Origin: Acanthaster planci
Taxonomy: Eukaryota
Direction: 5' to 3'
NCBI RefSeq assembly: GCF_001949145.1
Contig: NW_019091359.1
Span: forward strand, 2,952,861-3,016,860
DNA length: 64,000 bases
Under the pieces are notes generated by a model. It did not search any database. It worked only from the letters and a program-made list of their open reading frames with translations, and was not told where the DNA came from. This document shows, one piece after another, positions 12,122-24,851 of the stretch. Every line of letters begins with the position of its first letter. Within the stretch, counting starts at the first letter, position 1. The translations under genes and the position numbers were made by a program.

Positions 12122-15100
12122 ATTTGAGCGTATTTTCCAGGGTAAATCTTTTATTGGTTACAGCACTTCACATCATACAAATAGTGAACAGCGGCTAAAA
12201 ACTGAATCTGCTTAAAGCCTGTACATGTACAGAAACTGAAGGCATTCCTGTCATCGATGAATTATTGTGGAACTGTTTTTGACTTAATTTTTGAGTTAAG
12301 ACAGTTCTGTTGTAAAACCTTGGAAAGTTTCTTTTCGACTAATATTTTCATAGATACTGTACATGTATGCACATGTACTATGCACTTGTAGGTGTGGCAT
12401 ACCGGTACATGTACATGTACTAGTACATCTTCCGGTCATGCATGCCCAAGCACCATGACCCTTCCGGCCTGTGATGAGTTACCAGATGTGGGTCCTGTTC
12501 CCCTTGGTCTGCACAGATGTGCACTAGTGACCTAATTTCTAGTCTGTGCATATCATGTGTAATTCTACCCCTTATGTACATACAGTATATCATTACTGGA
12601 AAACTGGTTGATTCATACATGTATGTATCTATACATGTACATGTATGTACTAAAAACTCCAATTTTTATACAGTCAGTTTCTGTAGAAAGGGAACTGAAA
12701 AGAACTGGCTGTAAAAATCACTTTTGTATTTAACTGACTGGAAGAAATCAAACCGTGAATTCAGAAATGGAGCTCCGGGTTCATGTCTTCTACAGCATAC
12801 CTCACTTCTTAAACATAGTGAAAAATGATTCATTTGTAAGCTCCAAATGCACAAGTGAGTTTACTCTCCAGTGAACCCTTTTCTGTTTCCACAACTATTA
12901 ATATTTTGCTTCCTGCTACATGTACAAAGCAATTACTTTCTCAGAAAATCTTTTTATCAATTGAATTGTCATCAAACATTCGTGGAACCATTTTCGCTGC
13001 ATCTCAATGATAAAGGAATTCAAACTACAGGTTGTTTTTATGTGGATATACCCGCATTACACAAATACTGGTTCTTGTAGAAGAGAAAATAATGTTGTAA
13101 TTATAATTACTAAAGAATGACGTTTTCTTTCCTTTTCACTCGTACCGTAGGCTGTGTGTAGATCGATGATGATTATTCCAATTTCAGTTTTGAAATGCTC
13201 ACATTTCTTATTTTAGTTGCAAGTGTATACTTTACACGTAGCATGTACATGCACACGAATATCTAAAAGGTTAGCTTCGCTTGAAATTTAAGATTCTGCC
13301 AGATACTAACTGCGTTTTTAAAGAATAAAGGGGAATTTTTCAAAATAAATGAGCTAATTACATCTTAATAAACTGATGTCTGCTTTATTGCATTGAGCCC
13401 TACATTTAACCCTTCTGATACTGAAAAGGATTTACTAAAAGCAAATTATAAATCTTTTTCAAAATAATCATAATCAATACAATGTATGTACCAGTAAGTT
13501 ATCGTCTTTTTTAATTCAAAGTCAATATTGTTACACTCAGAGGTTGAATAATTGGACAGCTGGGAAATCGTCAAGAAATTGGACATGTCAGTGAACGTGT
13601 ACGCAGAGAATGTTTCAGCACTGGGGTACATTCATGCACAGATCTGGTTGGAATTGACATCAGGGAAATGTACTCTCTGTGCTCTAGTAAGTAGGCCACA
13701 CGGCTGCCTCCATAGTTCATACAGATAAGCCATTCCCAGGATGGGTTTGACTTATGGGGAGAGAGAGTTCATCACTTGAGATGGCTCACGGTCAAAATGT
13801 TGAAAACATGAACATACATGTATCTTGATGAGATCCTCCAACCCCTGACCTGACAGTGCCCTTTAGCTGAATATTAATTTAGTCGGTTTCATAATGAGTC
13901 AAGTCACAAGTTAGGGTGCAAGGACTGAAGTTGCCTAAACATACATGTACATGTAGGATGGTCAATGACAACATTGGATATGATCATTTAGAATGTACAT
14001 GTACATGAAGCTTGTGTCTTGATTTGAGACTACCCGTTTCATGTGATAGGCTGGTCCCCTGCTGTGGCAATAATAAGTACACATATACTGTATGTGTGCA
14101 GGTAGCCAGTAGCCACCCATTACTACAATCAAGCACTGGTGTAATGCCATGTCTCAGGGCAAGCACAAGTGACGACTATACATGTACATGTACAGTAATG
14201 AACTAAAGTTGGACAAACACCAGCCAAATACTGTATATGTAGTCGACCATTTAGGACCAGGCCCATAAATAGGGTCGCACCGCTGGTTATCAATAGCAGA
14301 TTAGCTGCGGGAACCATTCACTTGAAAAAAATTCTACCGGATTTGACCATGTACATTGTACGCTGCGAAAATCGCAGCCAATGGTGAAATGTGAGTAACG
14401 ATGAAATTTTTACAAAATGACTGACTAGGGTCTTTTAAGTGTAACAGAATTGCTCATGGGCAGCCAAATAGCAATTAACTGATGGTCGTTCCATAGTTCT
14501 GAACTTGCCCTAAGATTTTCCTTCTATTTTTAAATGCAGCATTCATGTGTACATTGTTCCTTAAACAGTCAGCATAAAGTCATTCATAATTGGTTGTAAG
14601 TAAATACATAAAAACCCAAAATATTGAAAAACTTATGCAGAATTGTAAGTTTTGCAACATGTACAAAGAGAAGCAGTACATGTAGGTACATGTACATGTA
14701 TATTGCCAGTATACCGGCATGTGGATATTGATGACAGTCCCTAAAACTCAGCGAAAAAAGCTTGGAAAACTTCGGCCAGTTTTAGAATTGTTCGGAGATA
14801 GGAGGAATGTATTTCCCAATTTTTGTCACGACTATGATGGCTAATAGACTTGTGAACAATTCTCCAAAAATTGGTTCAACATAATCCACTTATCAGCTTA
14901 TTGAGATGAGTGCTTGTCATGTGGTCAAAAGTTATACATGCACTGTACACTTTGGTCTTACATGTATTTCACAGACCTGCTTAACAATTAGCAGAAAGTT
15001 GTGCTTACTTATTAAAAGAACAGCCGAAAAATTTGTTCATCTTAATTAAGCACTATTTTATTGTGGTGCTTGGCCTGGTGGTGCTTACAGTCGCCAACGC

Positions 15101-17901
15101 ACAGAAATTTTCATTGTTTTGTCACAAAATTTTAAAGCAAATTTTTCCTTCAATGTACGTTGTGAGTGTGCCTTTCTGCTGTGCTCAATGGTCTTCACAT
15201 ATACACAGAATCTCTGCGTATCATGTGCCTAGCAGCACCTTGAAATCGGGCTGCTGTCTGGAAGTGTTTCATAATGATTTCATGACTGTGTAGATTTCTT
15301 TTCTGCAGCCGTCACGTCTACATCCAGTTTATTTCCATGGAAATGTAAATAAAATGTGATACTAGAGAAGATAGTCTGAAAGATCAGGTATAAAAACTGA
15401 ATGGTCACCTGGAATAAAGTTGTAAAATTGTAATCCAACTCTCTCAGTCAAAGTGAGCTTTCAACCTAAACTGGTTTGGTTAAAGCATCAGAGGAGTGTG
15501 ATTCATGCCCAATTATCACTACAGATATGGTTACTTACATGTATGTTGATTGGATGAATTACGTAATGTACACTGTACATGTATCTGTAATACAATACAT
15601 GTACCGGTACCCTATCCATACCGGTATGTGTGGGCCTGTCTTCCTGAATCCGTACTATTGGCTGCCTTTGTTACTTGAATCTTACAGTCACTGAGTTTAG
15701 AAATGATGTCACAGTTTTTGTGGGATAGATATGGATATTCAAAGTTCCTGCATTTTCAATTGACATACAGTGTATGTACAGTATATGACACATTCATTCA
15801 CATACATGTGATCAGATGGCTACTGCTTTCCATAAGCAAAGAGTTTGATGTGTACCAGTTCATGCGTGTACTGGATACATATATGTGTAAATGTTCCGTA
15901 CATCTGGGTTCAATCAACTTCGCTGTCTTGTTCGCTTACTGTGTGCCGTTCTTCTTGCCAAATAGGAAATCATTATATTGTTGTCTGGAAGACAAGGATC
16001 AACTCCATGTGTGCACATTTTAAAGGGATGTAACCATTTGAGGTTGGAATGGAATCACAACAGTTTGCCTCTGTGGCACATCTGGTTAAGCTTTTCACGT
16101 CCTTCAGTTGTAAGTACCGGTACTGTACATGTATTTAATGTAAAGTTGCTCCGTAGATGGAAAATCCTCACTGGTTACTTGCACCGGTACATGTACCTGG
16201 TACATTTATCGCGCAGTATACCAGTTTTACATGTACATGTATGTACATGTAGCTAACAAACTGTACCATGTTTTCCATTTGCTAGAAACCATCCATCGTC
16301 CATTCTCAAATACGCACGTGAACAATTTAGATGCCAAAGCCGATAAATGATAATTTTACAAAACTTTAGAAAATCCCTCCGCCTACTTAATTTTTTCACA
16401 GATCAGTTTTAGTTGCATTTGATTTAAAAGTCTTGAGGGATTCCAAGAAATGATGGAATGGACTGCCCCCTTGTATTCCCATTAAAGTGCTCTGTTTACT
16501 GGTCATTTTTTTAATTTGATCTTTTTTAAGGACTAAAATGGATTTTTTTTTAAAAAAGCCTCCATTACAACCCGTTGTCAGTTGTAGAGGTTCTTGAAGT
16601 TATGCAATGATGGCACGTTTACATGTCATGATGTAATTCAAGGGTGGGACGGTTACACCTTTAAACAGTTCCAAATACAGATTTTCCCAAACGTTCAAAT
16701 GGAACCACCCCTTTTAGAGGTTTGACATTATGATTGATGCAATCTGGCATTCATTTTGATTGTAAACAATGCATGTTACATACAGTTTGTAAGTCTGTTT
16801 TCTCCCTTTTGGCATGGATGAGAAAAAAAAAGTGGATTCTACAGCAGCACGTGCAAATATTGCTTGTTTTAAATGCCCCAACATCAATCTACATTTTCAC
16901 AAAGGTTAGACCGTGTGCATTGTTGAACTATGTTATGACTGTATGGGGGTATGTGTACATGTACATGTGTCTCAAAATACCGAGGTACGTTTAGGTGGAA
17001 GCGAGCTCTGTAAAGTGTCGGCTGAATGCTTAAATGGTATAGGAAAGTTTTTGTATTTACATATCCTAAATGTCCACCCTGAATGTAATTCAAAGAAATC
17101 AAACCAGTTTTGCTGACATGTACATGGATGGACGTGCCAAGTACAATGTATGGCTTTCTAATAGGGTATACCATGCATGCATCATTGTACTTGAAGTAAC
17201 CAAGATACGTGTACAGTACTGAAAAACCGCATTCCTGAGAAAATTATATAGTTTATCATGGATCATGTACCAACATGAATATTATGCACACATTTTTGTA
17301 CATACAAGTACACATGTAAAGCCTATTGGAATTTTTAAACGGTAAAAGCTCATCTAATATTGTTTGTTTCTGGAAATTGTATTCGACATCTACCGACCGG
17401 TAGATCCTTCATGAATTACATGTACATGACACATTTCATGCCCGCATGTACAGTGTACCGGACCACCCCTACATACAGTAGCTTTCGTCAAGGTGGGACA
17501 TCTCTCTGTCCCCACAACATTTTGGGATCCCTCAGAATCATTGTCATGGAAAGAGTACATGTGCCCATAACTACTGAATACATGTAACTTGTATACAATA
17601 TGTACATGTACATGTATGTGCAAGTACATGTACATGTACTGGTACATGTACATCAGTACATGTAAGGGTGCTTGCACCATCAGCCCAGGTTGGACTAATG
17701 GTCCAAGAAATTTCACATAGTGGGTGGACTTTCATACCCTGGATGTTAGTCGCAATGCAATGTAGACGTCGTACCTTGACTATTGCACCATATACTTGAT
17801 ATCAAATTAATCTGTGCAGCACAAAAGAGGAATAACAGTATGCTTTCATTTCTGTGACAACAAATTTGACGTTAAATGAATGTGCAGCGTTAGGTTCAGC
17901 C

Positions 17902-18580
17902 TAAGCACCATCGATCGTTATTATTGATATGGGTTTGATATTGCCGATGTTAGTTATTTGGTAATTTTGATATAGCGAAAATATCAGATTTTGGAGAAAT
18001 ATTGAAAATATTGAAATTTCGAAAACATCAATATTGAAAAATGTGTAGAAAATATAGCTACTGAAGAATGAACTTCATCAAAAATAGGAAAGTGCATCCT
18101 CACATTACTGTAGTTTCTGATAAGCCACAGCTTACGTTGGTTCTTCGCACTGAGTGAAAAATGTCCCCGTAGCTTATACTCCGGGTGGCTTACACAGCGA
18201 CATTTGAAGGAAACATTCAGTCACCTATCTCAGTCTCTTACTCAATAATTTGTCTACATTCGCGTACACATTGCATCGAAAATATCATAAAATTTATCCC
18301 CCAAAACAGAGAATCGTTTGCTAACCAAACGTATGTAGACTAGCACCACGTGCTGATGATATCGCTATGCACGGCGTGTATTCCGTCCCATGTAGGCAAC
18401 GTATGTAATACTGAAGATAGAACATGTCACCAAAGTGAATTGGATCACACGATTATGATGTAGGGGTGTACCCTACCGTGAAAATTAAAACGAATAAAAT
18501 CAAATTTGACGTATTGATAATATTGATATGAAAAAAATGATATATTGGTATCTGCCAAAATACGATATCAACGGTGCCTA
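17902..18580. mobile_element. Old hAT-like TIR element
   Basis: Left TAAGCACCATCGAT, right reverse complement TAGGCACCGTTGAT. Subterminal GATAT/ATATC repeats at both ends. TSD not recognisable. Confidence 0.45.
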
Positions 18581-21053
18581 GTAAGTAGGTAAGCCTTGAT
18601 TTGACAGGCTATTCTCTTGGCCAATATCCAGATTGTCTCTGAAGGGTTGGATGTTTATATTCAGTCCTTATCTTATCCCTGGTGAATAATGAAGGAAGGA
18701 TGTTCAGAAAGAGTCACCAGACCTTCCACGAACGAAGTTGAGCGTGATTATGAGTCGTTGCCGGAGGAAATGCATGTTCTTCTACCCGCTTTTCCTCAGG
18801 ACAGAAGTTTGAAAGACTTACTATTCCAGTAGTTGCATGTACAAGTGCGCTTTGTGAATGAAAAAAGGGTAGGCTGAGATTTACAGGCTTGCTGGAGGGA
18901 CCAGAGAAAGAAAGAATTGATAAATATGGCAACTTCTTTATGTGTACATGTATGTACACCATACATGTCTTACATGTAAACATAGAGTGCTGGCTGGCAA
19001 ATTTCAAATGTAATAGCCCAGGCTTTAGCTAAAGGTGCATTTATTGGCAGCTACTTATCCTTAATGAAGTAGGCTGAATGTATTGCTTCCTTGCCTTTTG
19101 CTCAAGATTATAACCAAGGTTTTTAAATATTCGCTGTATCGGGGTTGTTGATTATTTTTGAAAAAAAAATAAATAGATTTTTCAAAAGCAACCAAATTAG
19201 CTGCCTGTGTAATAATTTTTTTAAAATTTATTTGTTTTGTGACAAAATGAAACAAATTTGTTAAATCAAGTAATTTGATTACATTCATAAACCACCATGA
19301 CTCAGCCTTGGTAAAATGCACGCAGAATAACTCCTACCAGTACATATACCCTCAGACATGTCAGAGAAGACACTTCCTTCAGAGATAAGAACATGTACAT
19401 ACATGTATACCAGGGATAACATGCATACCTGGTTTTAAACCGAACTGTTAAGTTTTGACAAAAGTAGAGTTTGCAAGAATTTGTTGGATACTTATACCGG
19501 TACATGCATCAAATGACTAATGAGAGAGAAACATGCCATGAACAACAGGTGCATACATGTACATGTGCATTTATTTTGCATGCTGCATGTACACCTGTAC
19601 AAAATGCTGGTAGTCTACCTTGCTCTTGTTTGTGATCCAGCTCCACAGAGCAATGACTTAGGCTTGATTAAAAATCACTTTATTAAGGGCAATGTTAAGG
19701 ACTAATGTTTCTTATCTCAATAAAATACATTTGTACTTGTAGAGATGTAAAAGGTTGATGTACACTGATATCTATTTACTATGTTAACCATGGAGGAAGG
19801 AAACAGGAGGAGTTTGAACTGCCCCGGCTTTAACATCTGTCCTTAGCCAGAGCGCAGCGAACACTTGCCACTCACCACCTGTTTCACAACCATAAGCCCC
19901 CTTTGTACCCTATGATCATTACCGTAATTTTTCACTGGTAATCTGCATCCTTAAAACATTGTACACTGCAGTATAGGAAGTTGAATATTCATGCCATCGA
20001 TGGTGCTTGGTATGATCTGAAAACAACATCAAATTTAACGCTTGTGCAGTTACTTGTATGAGGCTGTGTGCCCTTTGTGTTTGTGTGCAGTCATTGCCCT
20101 TATCGAACGCTTTCTTCTGGAGTTTTGGGAATGAATAGCAAAGTTGTTTATAAGATATTGTGTTTCATTTGAATCATTAATATTATGGCATTTATACAAA
20201 AAGGTATTTCATGAGATCTCTTGAGCATTCCTTGTTTGTTATGAACTTAACTGTCCAGTGGTGGTCAACATGTTGGCCAGTCAGCCAAATTTGTACAAAG
20301 ACTTTATGTTTTGGTAAGACAAAATAAAATTACAAACATTGCATAGATAATGGAACAGCGTATCAAAGTAAAAAATTTATTCACAATGGCAAAAGTAGAT
20401 CTAATGTTAGAGACTTTTTGCTCTCTATTCGCAAACAAAACACACATAATATTGCTAGGATATTTGGCTAAGCTGCAGGCAGTAATCAGGCATTTTTGAA
20501 TGTTTACTATTGTTTGTCTGACCACGCAGCAATGCTCATCGAGCACTTTGAAGTGCCAGAGTTCTAACTCCTGTGTCCTTCCTCTATGGTTAAGCTCTGA
20601 AGTGGGCAATTTAAATGAAGTAAAATTAAGTCAAACATACGGACAGGGCAGTAGTGTCAACAAGCATGGCTTTTACTCTGTCAAGCTTCTAAAATATCCG
20701 CAATGCAATTGAACTCTGTTGGATGCCTTTAAAAGGATGACGCCATCCCTACGAAAGGAGTACTGTAGGCTTTTTTTTCTGCAGGATATCCACATACCAT
20801 CTGTGGTGGTCTCTGTAGAAAGACAGGAAGGATGTGAAGAATGGTAACTACCACAGAACAATTACTCATGCCGGTTGAGTTTGTAATCAACCAGCAAATT
20901 GTGTAGAAGTATTATTAACGTTGGTTGTTGGTGTGAGATTAGAGGGATAGAAACACTGGTGGTGCATGAAGTACATGTACATGTAATATGGTACATGTAC
21001 AGCAACATGGAAACCTGATGTTTTATTCTGGATACCAGTGACATATTTTTTAA

Positions 21054-21453
21054 CCCTAACAGTCCTCAATCCCACTGTTCAAGAATCAAGGACTGTTATT
21101 AAGATGTCAAACTTTCATAAAGTACTGCATCGAGGCCTTTGATGAATCTACATTTAATGATGACTCGGCTATGGTGTATAACAGTACCTTTCTCAAGCCG
21201 GCAAATTCTTCTAAGCCTCCTGGTAGATTTTGAAAGATCTTGGAGGTCGAAGAAAAAGGACTAAGGATGGCATTCTGGTTATTTTTTTACACCCAATGGG
21301 AGACAAGGTGCCGTAATTTTTAACAGTGGCATAATCCTCCTACTGACTTGAGAAAATGGCATCGTGGAAATTTTTAAGTCTGTACATCCATACAGTGTTT
21401 GTACACAAATTTTTTTGTAAGAAGTTTGTTGCCTGGGCATAGGGTATTAAGGG
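21054..21453. mobile_element. TTAA-flanked piggyBac-like MITE (degenerate)
   Basis: TTAA|CCCTAACAGTCCT ... AGGGTATTAAGGG|TTAA. Confidence 0.5.
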
Positions 21454-22448
21454 TTAATGCATGAACCTGTACAGACAAACAGTTTTATGCGTCCTGTGAT
21501 TGCATGTGAGAATGATTAATGATACCAAGACATGGCTATGGCTCTTCACAGCAAACTCACGTCAATCGAAGCCATAGCACTATTTTAACAAGGCCTGAGG
21601 CTTGACCTGAATCATGGGAGGTCATAGAGTGTCAGTTTATCTGATCTGGGGAATACCGGTATGTTTGAATTAACCAGTACCATAAAATAATCCAGGTTAC
21701 CAGGGGTGGGTTGGGGGAAATCTTTGAAATAGTGAGCACTGATGTATAATGATGTAATCCAGGTTGCTGTGGGTTTTGTGGGTTTTTTTTTAGAGTGACT
21801 GCTCTCCATTTTTGTGGTTGAGAATTCAAGACTCTCAATTTGAGTCCCACTATGTTTTGGAAATGCCTTTCTCCACATACAGCCGTGAGTTGTAATGTGG
21901 ATGTGTTCTTAGGGCTGTAGAAGTTGACGTGGATTTGGGGAATAAATTACAGTACATGTATAGTTATTGTTTTAATATAAATCAATTATTTTACTGGTAC
22001 CGGTATGTTGTCACCCGTGAAATCCATTTTTTTGGCAGTGTCGCTTGTCTTTCAAGGCCGCATATATAGCACATTATAAATGCATCATATGAACGGCAAA
22101 GAAATCTTCAGCAATAATTTTTGTATATTGTGTGCTTGGATAGCCATTGTTCATGAGCGATCATGTGGCCGGTGTGAAAATAATAATGTTCCACGTTCAA
22201 CCTTGTAATACATTGCATGTTTAAAGTGCGTGTACATGAATGCTTTATACTTTGATAGCAGCAACATTTTGTGCCCGGCACATGTGCAGTTATAACATGT
22301 TACGCTATAGTGATTTCATTCTGTTCCAGTTACCAATAATCATTTTGACTTATTTGCAAGCACATACCCGGTAGTGGTAGTACGGAACAAACATATAATC
22401 GTATACGTGAACTGGTACATGTACATGTCATTGTAAATGTGGTAAAGC

Positions 22449-22583
22449 CAGAGTTCTAACGACTCACTGATTTTTGTGACTCGAGTTGAGTCATTTACCT
22501 GTCAGGACTCGAGTCGAGTTGCAAAAAATTGTGACTCGAGTCAGACTCAAGTTGACTCATTGAATTGAGTCATTACAGCTGTG
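22449..22583. mobile_element. hAT-like MITE, 135 bp
   Basis: 8-bp TSD GGTAAAGC / GGTGAAGC (7/8). TIR CAGAGTTCTAACGACTCA vs CACAGCTGTAATGACTCA. Multiple internal GACTCGAGTC motifs. Confidence 0.78.
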
Positions 22584-22922
22584 GGTGAAGCTCTCATGAT
22601 ATGAAAAGGTGATGGATGGAGGACACTGGGTTGATATTTGTGAATACTGCAGCCACCATGTTCCAAGCAAAAACCCTACTGCCTGATGTCAGTCCATATC
22701 AGCAGCATAGAGGACTGGGGGACATTTGAAGAGGGCGCATATCCCCATAAATTCAAGTTCATGTACCAGTAAATCATTAACCCCCACTTCTTGCCTCCAC
22801 CCCTCCACAGAAATTTGGAAACTTACAAAGAAACTGACACATGTTGTATTGTTAACAAAATATTGGTCCTCCCACCAACATGCAACTTCACTCTCACCTC
22901 GTCTCCCTAGTGACAACCCTGA

Positions 22923-23117
22923 CTACATGTACATGTGTACACGTACATGTACATGTGTACACGTACATGTATGTGTACATGTGTACACCTACATGGACAT
23001 GTATATTGCAGGGTCATACCGGTACGGGTACCATGTGTACTGTGGACCATAATATGTGTCGCTATGCAAGCTGGTGCATTGACCACATACATACTGTACA
23101 TGTACATGTACATGTAA
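22923..23117. repeat. Compound (TACATG)n / TACACG / TACCGG low-complexity array, one of many
   Basis: tacatgtacatgtgtacacgtacatgtacatgtgtacacgtacatgta. Similar arrays near 6970-7140, 12355-12430 and 17580-17665. Confidence 0.9.
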
Positions 23118-24314
23118 CTTCTTGTTGCTTGGCAACAACAAACCTCCCTCTCTTGGCTCAATGCACAGATTTTTTCATGTGATTCCTAGATATGCATTTG
23201 ATAATGCACACATATCTGCATGTCCGGTGACCAGGTAACTACTATTAGTACTGTAGAGGTACTGTACTGGTGCCAATCTCACCTGCCGGTCACACATTTG
23301 CGTTAAATATTTCTTTGACCAGTGAGGTGCACATTGTACAATGTCATGACTCACAAAAATGCGCCCTCTTTAAGTAAATGCTTACGTAAGTTTGATGCTA
23401 CTGTAGGAATGGATTCTTCTTGCATTACTGTGAACTGGTTTATCCATGCCCTGTGTGTTGACTATTGTAGTTGGTTTCATCCAAAACATTGTGTTCATTA
23501 AGTAACACCTGCAAAAATTGATGTTCATCAGTACTTAAATTGTATTGTTATTGTTAACACTTCTTGCAATGAAAGCAAGGATTCTTCAAAAGGGCTTACA
23601 CAACGGGCACCCAGCTGGACCAAGAGAGGGCACAGTATTCTCTTTGGTGGTAACTGCGCATTGCTGGTTCACGAACAACTAGGAAACGCAAGGATTGCAT
23701 CAACAAAATGAACACTGCAGTGCCGTTATTTTAGGAAAAATAACAGCTGTGCATTTCAAAAGACTGACAGGCTGTTTTGGGAACAAGGGCCAAACCTTAC
23801 ACTCATTGTGCCGTTCTTTCTCTTCTAAGGTTGTTTAGGGAGGTTCAGAGTTCCCAACACCTGCTTAGATGAGATGGCCAGTGACTTGTATGACTCACAA
23901 GAATTAATCTTTCCTCAAGGAACTGTTAGACAAAATATGGATGTGGTTTGATACATGTACATGTAATCGACGCACCGCTTCTCACTGGGGGAAAAAATGC
24001 CAGTAACTCAGAACGACTGGCATTTCTGGGGTGTTCTATATTTGGAACAATTATTCATCACTTGACTCCAGTAACAACACAGTAATTTTGTTGGGTTTAA
24101 GATCAGGGTTTACATGAATTGTAGATAGAACTTTCATGATGCTATTAGGGTCTATGGTACATGTACATGTAATGTACATGTATACTCCCTCTCTGAATCA
24201 CAAAAAAGCCAGTTTTTTTAAAGGTCATAACTAAAATTTCATTGACATGCCTTTGTTTAGTCCTGTTGTGTTCAAAACATCTCCGAATCAGAAAATTGGC
24301 CAAATTAATGTACT

Positions 24315-24851
24315 NNNNNNNNNNNNNNNNNNNNNNNNNNNNNNNNNNNNNNNNNNNNNNNNNNNNNNNNNNNNNNNNNNNNNNNNNNNNNNNNNNNNNN
24401 NNNNNNNNNNNNNNNNNNNNNNNNNNNNNNNNNNNNNNNNNNNNNNNNNNNNNNNNNNNNNNNNNNNNNNNNNNNNNNNNNNNNNNNNNNNNNNNNNNNN
24501 NNNNNNNNNNNNNNNNNNNNNNNNNNNNNNNNNNNNNNNNNNNNNNNNNNNNNNNNNNNNNNNNNNNNNNNNNNNNNNNNNNNNNNNNNNNNNNNNNNNN
24601 NNNNNNNNNNNNNNNNNNNNNNNNNNNNNNNNNNNNNNNNNNNNNNNNNNNNNNNNNNNNNNNNNNNNNNNNNNNNNNNNNNNNNNNNNNNNNNNNNNNN
24701 NNNNNNNNNNNNNNNNNNNNNNNNNNNNNNNNNNNNNNNNNNNNNNNNNNNNNNNNNNNNNNNNNNNNNNNNNNNNNNNNNNNNNNNNNNNNNNNNNNNN
24801 NNNNNNNNNNNNNNNNNNNNNNNNNNNNNNNNNNNNNNNNNNNNNNNNNNN
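24315..24851. other. Assembly gap (N run)
   Basis: Run of n, flanked by inverted ATGTACT / AGTACAT. Confidence 1.

Noticed and set aside
6746..23182. Numerous MYMY / HVHV / CTCT-rich short ORFs
   Set aside because: Translations of (TACATG)n arrays with no protein-family signal.
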